A DNA stretch of 64,000 bases, from contig OX597829.1 in the NCBI GenBank assembly GCA_951406725.2, forward strand, positions 45,880,001 through 45,944,000, written 5' to 3'. Below the pieces are notes generated by a model, which saw only the letters and a list, made by a program, of their open reading frames with translations, searched no databases and was not told where the DNA came from. Position numbers and translations under genes: made by a program. Shown here piece after piece: positions 13,438-25,298 of the stretch. Position 1 is the stretch's first letter. Each line of letters opens with the position of its first letter. The stretch is from Octopus vulgaris. Lineage: Eukaryota.

Positions 13438-13626
13438 GTCTTCCATAATATCTTAAATATTGACTTAGCGTTCTTGTAACATTACGTCGTGAAGTTTAGT
13501 ATTAAACAAAAAACGTTCTTTCACCTACGGACGTAGCTTAAATTCTGCATTATTTTGAAAAATTTTTTTGCATTTTGCATTGACGCAGACATATAAGTAA
13601 TTTATTCATAATTAAATATAATATAA
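12921..13626. repeat. long imperfect palindrome / foldback element (arms ~300 bp)
   Basis: aattacttacatgtctgc...taatgcagaattgaagctacgtcc..aggtgaa..cgacgtaacgttacaagaacgc (12949-13095) is the reverse complement of 13469-13603; inner arms 13097-13205 / 13255-13352. Confidence 0.85.
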
Positions 13627-13907
13627 AATTTGTTTTTATGTTTTTAAGTTATGAAATAATTTGTCGTGGTATTAGAATTTTCTTGTTAAATAAATTTTCA
13701 TCAAACTATTTCTCTCATTTATGACTTTATACACTCCTTGTAGCTTTTTCTTGTATTGTACTATATACTCTGTTTTGTAGAATTATACATTAAGGAGTAT
13801 TTGTTATGAGTACTACCACATTACTTGAATCCATATATTATGACTTAAATTTACACACACGCACACACAGATAATAGATATATATAGCTACAGATCTATA
13901 GATACAT

Positions 13908-13963
<56 letters not shown>

Positions 13964-14285
13964 TTATACTTACACACACACACATAAATAAAAATGTTTT
14001 TCTTTTGTAAGAATATTTGTTTTTATGGAATAATAAAAAACAATTTTACGTTAAACCCACGAATCAGCGGCTCAGCTTTCATGAGTCTGTTTGACCATTG
14101 AAAAATAACAACCAAACCTTCCTTAAATTACACTTCGAATTTCAAATTTATTATTCTTTAACAAGATTAGAATTGAGAGTGACTTCGAAATTTCGACCAA
14201 CTAAGCCATCATCAGGCAGTCCGATGATGGCTTAGAAAAAAAAAATAAAAAAGGAACATAAAGGGCAAAGGAGTAAGAAGAAAAT

Positions 14286-14700
14286 AGGCGCAGGAGTGGC
14301 TGTGTGGTAAGTAGCTTGCTAACCAACCACATGGTTCCGGGTTCAGTCCCACTGTGTGGCATCTTGGGCAAGTGTCTTCTGCTATAGCCCCGGGCCGACC
14401 AATGCCTTGTGAGTGGATTTGGTAGACGGAAACTGAAAGAAGCCCGTCGTATATATGTATATATATATGTGTGTGCGTGTATGTTTGTGTGTCTGTGTCT
14501 GTCCCCCTAGCATTGTTTGACAACCGATGCTGGTGTGTTTACGTCCCCGTCACTTAGCGGTTCGGCAAAAGAGACCGATAGAATAAGTACTGGGCTTACA
14601 AAAGAATAAGTCCCGGGGTCGAGTTGCTCGATTAAAGGCGGTGCTCCAGCATGGCCGCAGTCAAATGACTGAAACAAGTAAAAGAGAGTAAAAAAAGAGA
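14286..14700 (+). mobile_element. SINE, dominant family, full length
   Basis: aggcgcaggagtggctgtgtggtaag...gggttcagtccc...ggcggtgctccagcatggccgcagtcaaatgactgaaac. Confidence 0.9.
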
Positions 14701-14789
14701 GAGATGGAGAAAACGAGAGAAAAGGCGATGAAATAAGAACAGGACTTACTCCTTTATACTACAGGCATATAGTCGGAAATTTTGAGGCA

Positions 14790-14960
14790 AGGGGATAGTC
14801 GGTTACATCTACCCCCAGTGCTTGACTGGTATTTATTTCATCCCGAAATGATGAAAAGTGAAATCGACTTCGGCGGCATTTAAACGTAACGTAATGATGG
14901 GCGAATCTGAGTTCAAATCTGCCTTGCGTGCAAACGATTCTGCCAGCTCTCCATCTTACC
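14790..14960 (-). mobile_element. SINE, second family (gcctttcatcctttcggggtcgataa central domain), decayed
   Basis: ccccagtgcttgactggtattt...cccgaaatgatgaaaagtgaaatcgacttcggcggcattt...gattctgccagctc. Confidence 0.6.
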
Positions 14961-15098
14961 GGACTTAAAAATAATAAGTACTAGAGAAGATTTAATGGAC
15001 TAAAAGTACTTGGAGGTGGAATCCCAGCATGGCTGCTGTTCAATGATTGCATCAATTTACAGAATTATAGAAAAATAAGAATCACTATCCACTCTCAG

Positions 15099-15400
15099 GT
15101 GGAGGCGCAATGGCCCAGTGGTTAGGGCAGCGGACTAGCGGTCGAAGGATCGCGGTTTCGATTCCCAGACCGGGCGTTGTGTGTGTTTATTGAGCGAAAA
15201 CACCTAAATTCTCCACGAGGCTCCGGCAGGGGGTGGCAACGACCCCTGTTGTACTCTTTCGCCACAATTTTCTCTCACTCGCTCTTCCTGTTTCTTGAGT
15301 AACGCTGCGATGGACTGGTGTCCCGTTCAGCTAGGGAATACATACGCCACAGAAACCGGGAAACCGGGCCCATGAGCCTGGCTAGGCTTGAAAAGGGCGA
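15099..15400 (+). mobile_element. tRNA-derived SINE, third family (tail type A)
   Basis: ggaggcgcaaTGGCCCAGTGGttagggcagcgg...GGTTTCGATTCCc head; body shared with 60632-61023. Confidence 0.85.
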
Positions 15401-16876
15401 CGTTTTATTCACTATCGGGGGCAGAGATTGCTGTCTGCAAGTGCGAGCCCCGTGCGTCAGAGTGGCTGTCTCAGCGCGTCTCCCTCGCCAACCTCCGGGT
15501 CAACGCCTTTTCCATTTTGTCTGCTGGTGCCATGAGAAATGTTGAACTATTGTGGAAGAGAGTGGCCTTTGCTTCGGTTTGCTTCTTGAAAAACAAGAAA
15601 TAACTCTTGTTAGAATGAAAATATTCTAGTGAAACAGTTTTATTTTTATATAATAGCTAACTAACGATCAACAGAAAAACATACAAGAACCATGAATCGG
15701 TCACTCAGCTTTCATGAGTCTGTTTGACCATTGAGAAATAACAACCAAACCTTCCTTAAATTACACTTCGAATATTGGAGATGAAGGAACACGTTGGACA
15801 AAATAGAATTTGTTAAGTAGTGCCCACCAAAAATAAATAAATAAAGGAAGGGGATTAAAAGCTTTTGGTCATAAGTCTGCTCAGTCACGGTTTATCTTGG
15901 AGCACAACAGCAGCAGCAACAACAATAACAGCAGCAGCAGCAACTACAGCGGCAGCAACAACGATAGTAACACCACCACCACAACCACCACCACCACCAC
16001 CACCACCTCCATCACCACCACCACTACTGCAACCACCATCATCATCTTCATCATTACCATCATCATAATTATCATCGCCACCAATTTCAACTACAGCAAC
16101 AAAGTACCAACACGATAAAAATCTCTTACCAATTAGCCAGTGATGTCTGAATTTCTCTTCAAAGGAATTCCGTTTTCCTTCGCCAATTAACGTAGAAACC
16201 TGTACACTTACTTCGTGATACTTTCGTGACAACTTTGATAATTGAAGTGAAATCAGTGCTTCGCTAGTGATACCATGATTATATCGAAACGTGTCAGATT
16301 TGTCTCCTGTATTTACTTGAAAACTGATTATAATATTTCCTGTCTGCTGGTTAAATGCGACACCAGTAACCTTTCTATCACTGTTTAACTATATCAGCTA
16401 TTAGTCGATGTTTGTTTGATGTGAGGCGACGTGAATATTTGCTGCTGAAGAACCTAACAAGCAGAAATTTAGATATAATAATTTTATCCGCCAAAGTTGA
16501 ATGATATTCGACTGTAGTTGGTATTTTTATATGGTTTTAACACTATATGCTTTTCTCAAGATGAATACCGCAGTTTATTAGGCTTTCAACCTTTATACAA
16601 TTTCAGTAAATATACAGATCGCTAATTACTCATTAACAAATCATAATTTGTTTTCCCCTATCGCATTATTTTACTTGTCAATATTTTACATTAAATATGC
16701 AAACACAAATATAACCATTGGATTAAAACTGAATTCACTGACGTTTACAAAACAAGGAAAAAATATTTTTTTGTCGTTGTTCCGGAAGAATGGTATGAAT
16801 CAGATCATGTTTTATGTACATACAAACAATAATTGGAAAAAATTAGATGCTCTGGTAGGTAATAGTGATTTCTAAC

Positions 16877-17245
16877 GCAGGCACAATGCTAGATGACTGT
16901 AGGGTAAGAAGTTTGCTTTCCAACCACATTCTCCTGGGTTCAGTTTCACTACGTGGCATCTTGGGCAGGTGTCTTCCACTGTGTAGCCCCGGACCGACCA
17001 AAATCTTGTGAGTGGATTTGGTAGATGGAAACTGAGAGAAGCCCCCGTATATATTTATATTTATACTTATATCTGTATATGTGTAAATCAATATGTGCGT
17101 AACTTTGTATTTGCTTTTGATCCCCACGATCGCTTGATGACCGCTTGACGACCGCTTGATGACCGCTGTTGGTTTGTTCACGTCCTTGTAACTTAGGGTT
17201 CAACAAACAAAAACCTATAGAATAAGTACCAAGCTTACAAAAAGT
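16877..17245 (+). mobile_element. SINE, dominant family, decayed
   Basis: gtaagaagtttgctttccaaccac...catcttgggcaggtgtctt...gtgagtggatttggtagatggaaactg. Confidence 0.75.
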
Positions 17246-17974
17246 ACTTTAAGGTTGTGTGTATCCATGCATGTGTGCATACATGCACGTATGTATGTAT
17301 GTATGTATGTATGTATGTATGTATGTATGTATGTATGTATGTATGTCATTATTCAGTTTTATTTCAAGATTCCTTTGCCAATAGAGAAAGAACCGGTATC
17401 TAACCTTGATGTTGAAATTCATTGGAGGTTGAAAGAAAGGGAGATAATATAAATATGTTGAATGAAAGGGAGATAATAAAGTGCTAGTGATCCCAAGAGA
17501 AGGTGTATGTGAGGATGGAGTGTGTGTGAGTAAGTAGGGGCGAGCAACTCTGATGTGTGTATGTGCGTGTGTAACGTGTGTGTGTTGTCTGTAACAGTTG
17601 CTGTGTGCTTTTTCACATGGTGTGTGCACATGTGTGTGGGTGTCTGTGACCTAACAGTGTGCATGTGTATGGTGTATATAAGTGAGCAAAAGTTATCTTT
17701 GTCTGTGTATGTTGCCTGTGTTAATGCATGTTGCATATGTAAGTCTATAAAGCCTATGTTCAGGTATTATGTGCTTGTGTGGGTGTGAGAGTGTGCATGA
17801 TGGTGTGTGATGTGTGTACTGAGTTAAACAGTGTGTGTGGCTGCTCATATAATGGTATGTGCGGTGACGCTAATGAAAACTGTGTGTGGATGTGTGGATG
17901 ATGGTGTGTACTGAGAAGTGGTCAGTGCTAGTGTGTATGGAGTGAAAATGAAAAGAGGAGGAGTGGTTGGTGTC

Positions 17975-18945
17975 CGATGTAGAAAGGAGGAGAGTTGAGG
18001 CCATATGGTGCAAAAGAGCGAAGACAAGAGATTAATCCCTGTTCACGACGAAGGCAGGAGTCCGGATGTCCTCTGCGCAAAAACACTCCGAACACAGACA
18101 GATGTCGTAGCGAAGGACTGGTAGAGTAGAGATGGTGCGAGACCGGGATGTCATTGCCAAGTCTGATGTCTCGGAGGTGCTCCGCGAACCGGTCAGCCAA
18201 GCGGCGTCCCATTTAACCGATGTACAGGAAAGGACAGAGAGAGCAGAAGATGTAGTAAATGACGTTACTAGAAGTGCAGGTAATGGAGTCGGTGATGCGA
18301 TAGGAACGATGATGGGTGCCTGCGAGGATGGTGGTGTTGGAGTGATAGCGCCACGTGCGACAACGTGGACGGGAGCAGGAGAACGAGCCAGGCTAGGCGA
18401 TGGGTTTAGGGAAGAAACTGTGGACCAGGAGGTCGCACAGGATATGGAATCATTTGAGCGAGGGAAGGGGTAGGTTGAAGAAGATGTGCAAGGTAGAGGG
18501 GTCGGACTAAGGTCGCCGGTAAGCTAGGAGAATGGTACATTGGAGGGGCAGGGTGGAGGGGTGGTAGGTCAGAGGAAACGGGAGACGGGCAACGGCGGGG
18601 CGGATGCAAGGATAAATAGTAGAGGCACGATCAACAGATCGTGCCCTGGTAAGGGCAGTGTGAATAGTGGTGAGGGGACTGAGTCTCAATGTCATGGTTG
18701 TCACTGCAGAACCTGCGCAGACGGAGGAATTGGGAATAGGGGAAGGAGAGCTTGGTGTGGGTAGGGTGGGAAGAGAAGTTGAGGTAATAGTGTGAGTCAG
18801 TGTGTTTGTAGTGGATGGAGGTAGTGAGAGCGGACTGGTGTATTCCGCCAGAAATGTTGCACTATCATGGTCAGGATGGTAGGATTGGACAAAAGAGAGG
18901 AATGAGTCTAGTTGTTCACGAGAGAGTGAGGTCACGCTGATACAA
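17975..18945 (-). mobile_element. Penelope-like retroelement remnant (RT C-terminus + GIY-YIG endonuclease), pseudogenised
   Basis: Minus-strand peptides GRRLADRFAEHLRDI..PVSHH..RREQ.LI..L..FAPYGLN and SREQLDSFLSFVQSYHP; upstream NVIY/CSLC/LYIG motifs; frameshifted. Confidence 0.8.
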
Positions 18946-19459
18946 TCGTATATATATATATATATACGCATGTATGAGTGTATGTAGTTAGTAATTAATA
19001 AAGCATATTGTATACATTTGGTAGTTTGCCGTCGAAGCACGTTCACTTCCTATGGTCAGCTAATGACATCTGTAGTATTATCATTATGTCACTGGATCTA
19101 CCTTAGGAATTCCTCAGTGTTCGTCGAGTATGGAATTAATAAGAGATACGGAGGATGGAATATACGAGAATCTTTATTGGTCACAAAAATCGTTTCTATC
19201 CATGTAGCATTGATGCCCCTCGGGTGTGGTATACTACGTCCTTCAGATCAGATGTGCTTCCTCAGGTGATTTTCAAGAAGTATCTCGTTAAAATAAACCC
19301 TGTTCCCCACAACTTATTACTGCATGTTTACTCATTGGGCTTCGAGATTAGATATGGCAAACTGACAGACATTGCTTCATTCTTATAGAAATCAAAGTGT
19401 GTACGTGCACCTGACCACGAATGCATGTGCGTTTGTTAATACATATTTACTAACGATGA

Positions 19460-19790
19460 AGGCACATGGCTCAGTGGTTAGAGCGCCGGGATCACAATCA
19501 TAGGGTAGTGAGTTTGATTCCCAGACCGGGCTGTGTTGTGCTGTGTTCTTGAGCAAGACACTTATTTCATGTTGCTCCAGTTCACTCAGCTGTAGAAATG
19601 AGTTGTGACGTCACTGGTGCTAAGCTGTATCGGCCTTTGCCTTTCCCTTGGATAACATTGGTAGCAGCGTATGCATGGGCAACTGCTGGTCTTCAACAAA
19701 AAACAACATTGCCCAGCCTTGAACCTCGGACGGAAAGTTTCTAGGTGCAACCCCATGGTCATTCATGACTGAGGGGAGTCTTACCCTTTT
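19460..19790 (+). mobile_element. tRNA-derived SINE, fourth family
   Basis: TGGCTCAGTGGttagagcg...gagtttgattcc head; tgttcttgagcaagacac..gttgctccagttcactcagctgtagaaatgag; inverse copy at 43330-43635. Confidence 0.8.
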
Positions 19791-19952
19791 CCCTTATATG
19801 TAATAATTATTTTTACCTTTATTGTATATTTGTTTCTTTTTGTATCAGCTCTTTGTCATTGATGTATAAGAATGAAGCATTGTCCGGAAAATTTTTTATT
19901 TCAATCCACGAAGCCCAAGAACTTAAATGCAGTACATATTTGTACACACACA

Positions 19953-20028
<76 letters not shown>

Positions 20029-20034
20029 CTCTCT

Positions 20035-20652
<618 letters not shown>

Positions 20653-20898
20653 TATATACATATATATATACATATATACATACATGAGGAGCAGATAGAC
20701 AGCGGACAACTGTGTTTACTTGTCCTCTTTTCCACTTTTATTCTCGTTGTTTATGTATTTCCCTCGTTTTCCCCTCTTTTGTTTACGCATTTCATGTTAT
20801 TTGCATCGTTGGTGACGTCCTGCACTCATATATGAATGTGTGTGTACACACACACACAAACACACACATAAATGTATATATATATATATACATATATA

Positions 20899-21094
20899 TG
20901 GCGTAGGAGTGGCTGCGTCATAAGTAGCTTACTTACGAACCACATGGTTTCAGGTTCAGTCCCATTGCGTGGCACCTTGGGCAAGTATCTTCTACTATAG
21001 CTTCGGGCCAACTAAAGCCTTGTGTGGGGATTTGGTAGAGGGAAACTGAAAGAAGCCCGTCGTATATATATATATATATATATATACATACGTA

Positions 21095-21138
<44 letters not shown>

Positions 21139-21370
21139 CGTATGTGTGTGTATATGTTTGTGTGTCTGTGTTTGTCCCTCCTAACATTGCATGAATACCG
21201 ATGCTGGTGTATTTAGTTCCCCGTGACTTAGCCGTTCATCAAAAATTGACCGATATAATAAGTATTAGGCTTACAAAGAATAAGTCCTGGGGTCGATGTG
21301 CTCGACTACAGGCGGTGCTCCAGCATGGCCACAGTCACATAACTGAAACAAGTAAAGAGTAAAAAGAGTA
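20899..21370 (+). mobile_element. SINE, dominant family, full length
   Basis: ggcgtaggagtggctgcgtcataag...ggcggtgctccagcatggccacagtcacataactgaaac. Confidence 0.85.
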
Positions 21371-21832
21371 TATATACATACAAACATATTTATACAGACA
21401 TACATACATACATATTTATACATACATATATATATATATATATAGCTAATTTCACCCGGTTCTAACATTTATATTGAAATAATTGATGTCATTATGTAAA
21501 AGTATGATGAGTACATTAACGGGGGTGTTATTCGTTATTAGTAGTTCTCTGTCTGCTTTTAGTATTGCTTGCTATTATTTATCTACTTAAAATAGTATCG
21601 GGATGTTTACTGAATGCGTGCGCGTGTCTCTCATTGCTATAAGGTCTTGTGCGAACGTGTGAGCCAAGTAAAAGAATATGAAAAATGAAAAACACGCGTA
21701 TGCATACATACACCTGTATGTATGTATGTATGTATGTATGTATGTATGTATGTATGTATGTATGTATGTATGTATGTATGTATGTATGTATGTATGTATG
21801 TATGTATGTATGTATGTATGTGTGTATGTATG

Positions 21833-21882
<50 letters not shown>

Positions 21883-21893
21883 TATATACATAC

Positions 21894-21941
<48 letters not shown>

Positions 21942-21944
<3 letters not shown>

Positions 21945-23930
21945 AGCAGACAAAGAAGCCTGGGCTATAGAAAACATAAAATCTAACCCCAGAGCTTTCT
22001 ACAGGTATGCCAAAGAAACAGCTACAGTGCACTGTAGAATAGGGCCACTCCTCGAAAAGGATGGCACACTTACAGGAAAACCAATGAGGGTAAGTGAAAT
22101 ACTGAATGAGCAATTCAAGAGTGTTTTCACTCCACCCCTTGGGCATCTCCAAATCACCAATCCAACTGACTTTTTTACCACTGCAGATATAAAATCAGAG
22201 GCGGCGACGATAGATTACATCGATATAAAGGAAGACGATGTAACCAAGGCTATAGATGAAATGAAAACAGACTCAGCTACTGGCCCCGATGGATTCCCGG
22301 CAATCCTCCTAAAAGCATGTAAGAGAGTCCTAGCAAGACCACTGCAGTTCCTCTTTCAGAGCTTCCTTGCAGCTGGCAAACTTCCAGGAAAACTGAAGGA
22401 AGGTAAAATATGCCCCATTCATAAAGGAGGTAGCAGAGCGGAAGCCAAGAACTATAGACCTATCTCTCTGACCTCACACATCAGCAAGGTCATGGAACGA
22501 ATAGTCAGAAGGAAGCTGATCACCTTCCTTGAAGAGAATGACTTGCTGCCCGACACCCAACATGGTTTCCGACCAGGGAGAAGCTGTTTAACTCAGCTCC
22601 TACAACACTATGACTGGGTGCTGAAACGGCTGCTCAACCACTCAAATGTGGAAGTGATATATCTCGACTTTGCAAAGGCCTTTGATAAAGTCGATCATGG
22701 AATGATATGTCACAAACTGCGTGATCTCAACATAGTTGGAAAACTGGGAGAATGGCTTCATGACTTTCTGAAGGATAGAAGTCAGGTGGTAGTAGCCAAT
22801 GGGGCCACCTCCATTAACACACAAATAGTGAGCGGTGTTCCGCAGGGCACTGTTCTGGGACCACTACTGTTCATAATGGCCCTCTCAGACATGCCCTCAG
22901 CCACGCAGAGAGCCACGATCACAAGTTATGCAGATGATACAAAAGTTTCACAGGCAATACAGAACCCTGAGGACACTAAACACCTGCAATGTGAGCTGGA
23001 CGAAATATACAAGTGGGCTGAAAAGAATAGCATGCAGTTCAATGCTGGAAAGTTTCAAGCTTTATACTATCAGCATGCAAAACTGAATGCAATACCCAAT
23101 GAATACACTGGACCCGGAGGGATTGCAATCCCAGAGGCACAATCAGTGCGTGACCTGGGTATTCACATGAGTGATGACGCGACCTTTCATGTACATGTTG
23201 CTAAACTGACAATGAAATGTAGACGGCTGGCTGGATGGATTCTTAGAACCTTTAGAACAAGAGAACAAGAAACCATGATGGTCCTCTGGAAGACACTTGT
23301 CCTAAGCCACTTTGACTATTGCTCTCAGCTATGGTCACCATCCAGTGTCAAGTTGATCACAGAACTTGAGGCGATCCAACGAAGCTACACAAAGAAGATA
23401 GCCTCTATGCAGAATGTAAGCTACTGGGAAAGACTCAAGAGATTAAAATTATATTCCCTGGAGCGTAGGCGGGAAAGATATGCCATAATATACATCTGGA
23501 AGATCCTGGAGGGAAGTGTCCTGAACTTTGGCATCGAGAGTTACGCAAATGCCAGAACTGGGCGCCACTGCGTGGTGCCTAGGACTCCAAACCTGCCATC
23601 AAGATGTAGGACAAGATTCTGTGATAGCCTGGGCTTCCGAGGCCCACAGCTCTTCAATATCCTCCCGAAGAACCTGAGAGACCTGCATGGGGTGGATACA
23701 GATGTCTTTAAAATGAAGCTGGATCTCTTCCTGTCAGGTGTCCCAGATGAACCAACTTCACGGCAGGAGGGGCAGATGAGGGCAGCTGCATCGAACTCTC
23801 TCATGCACCAAATAGCAGTTGCTAGAAAGCCTCCATGAAGTGAAACCAAGTAGCAACACCAAATGGCGGTGCCCCAGCATGGCCACAGCTCATAAGCTGA
23901 AACTAGAATCAATCAATCAATCAATCAATC
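21942..23930 (+). mobile_element. 5'-truncated CR1/L2-group LINE (LINE-A), young, inserted in (TA)n
   Basis: Uninterrupted RT frame; 3' UTR stem-loop and (AATC)n tail; both flanks are (TA)n. Confidence 0.9.
21943..23838 (+). CDS. LINE ORF2 reverse transcriptase, N-terminally truncated (lacks endonuclease); the upstream part of the 717-aa ORF is microsatellite read-through
   Basis: [58 protein letters not shown] motifs with no stops. Confidence 0.9.
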
Positions 23931-23964
23931 ATATATATATGTATATGTATATATATCTATATGT

Positions 23965-24000
<36 letters not shown>

Positions 24001-24062
24001 GTATATGTATATATATGTATATGTATATATATATGTATATGTATATATATATGTATATGTAT

Positions 24063-24118
<56 letters not shown>

Positions 24119-24163
24119 GTATATGTATATATATCTATATGTATATATATGTATATGTATATA

Positions 24164-24203
<40 letters not shown>

Positions 24204-24233
24204 TAGATATATTTATATATCTATGTGTGTGTG

Positions 24234-24264
<31 letters not shown>

Positions 24265-24488
24265 GTGTATATATATATATGTACACACATATATATATAT
24301 ATATATATGTACATGCATCACCGGCGCAACAACAACAACAACAACCTCAACAACAACAAACTCAGCGGCAGCAACAACAACAACAACAGTTACAGCAACA
24401 ACAACAACTTCAGCAGCAACAACCTCAGAGGCAACAACAACAACGTCAACAACAACAACAGGATGAACCACTCCTTGATTCATCTACA

Positions 24489-25298
24489 ATGGCCGATTTG
24501 CTAAATGAAACGATTGACCCCCCAGTCATCAGGGTCACACAGCAGGAAGCACCACCCCTTCCTTTCACTGCCCCAGCAGCTCAATCATCATCATTGTCAA
24601 CACCATCTCCTCTGCTTACTACTACTAGTACTACTCCCACTATATATCGACAAACATCTTTGTCTTGGAATCGACCTCCTCAATCATTACCACCGTCAAC
24701 ATCTCTTCTACCTACTACTACTACTACTACTACTACTACAGCTACTACTACTAATGCTATCTCAAGGAATTTACCTCCTACAGGTCACAAAGGTCGCCAA
24801 AACTTCAAACTATCATCTACACCTTTCACAGCTCACACACATACACGCACCTACACACCCACTCGAAACCCCATCATTTGCCGATATTCTCTTCGCCATA
24901 GACTGTGCACTGATAGAGACTGCAAATTCACCCATTTACCTGGAACAAAACGCTCTATCCCCACAAACTACAACAGCAACCACCATAATACAACATCACC
25001 ACAACCACCAATATCTCAAACAAGGAATCCCCAAATCTGCCGCTATTCCCAGCGGGACAGATTGTGTTTGCACAGGGATTGCCCCTTTACCCATCTCCCG
25101 GGGACTCGTCGGACATTTAAAGATAACCACTCACATAAAAATAGCCGCGGCCACAGTCACCTGCGGTTCCCTAGACAGGAAACCACCTCTTCTTCCTCTT
25201 TTTTAGCTATAATGAATCTAGCAAAAGAACTGGAAAAAAACATCCGAGCTATCACCCACCGCCATCCACCACTATTACCCCACTACACATGCCATTAA
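24489..25298 (+). CDS. LINE ORF1-like protein with two C-x8-C-x4-C-x3-H zinc fingers (start uncertain; the frame is open upstream through a polyQ tract)
   Basis: [24 protein letters not shown] and [24 protein letters not shown]; stop overlaps the ORF2 ATG (cacATGccatTAA). Confidence 0.7.
   Translation: MADLLNETIDPPVIRVTQQEAPPLPFTAPAAQSSSLSTPSPLLTTTSTTPTIYRQTSLSWNRPPQSLPPSTSLLPTTTTTTTTTATTTNAISRNLPPTGHKGRQNFKLSSTPFTAHTHTRTYTPTRNPIICRYSLRHRLCTDRDCKFTHLPGTKRSIPTNYNSNHHNTTSPQPPISQTRNPQICRYSQRDRLCLHRDCPFTHLPGTRRTFKDNHSHKNSRGHSHLRFPRQETTSSSSFLAIMNLAKELEKNIRAITHRHPPLLPHYTCH

Noticed and set aside
15101-15172. tRNA-like sequences (also 19462-19530, 35750-35821, 60950-61021)
   Set aside because: These are SINE heads continuing into SINE bodies; no intact cloverleaf or terminator.
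15865-16232. PolyP/polyG/polyT ORFs
   Set aside because: CAG/CAC/CAT trinucleotide repeats with no domain or splice support; likewise 28832-29023 and 59856-60269.
21685-21942. N-terminal ~86 aa of the 717-aa ORF
   Set aside because: Microsatellite read-through in frame with a 5'-truncated LINE; not a genuine start.
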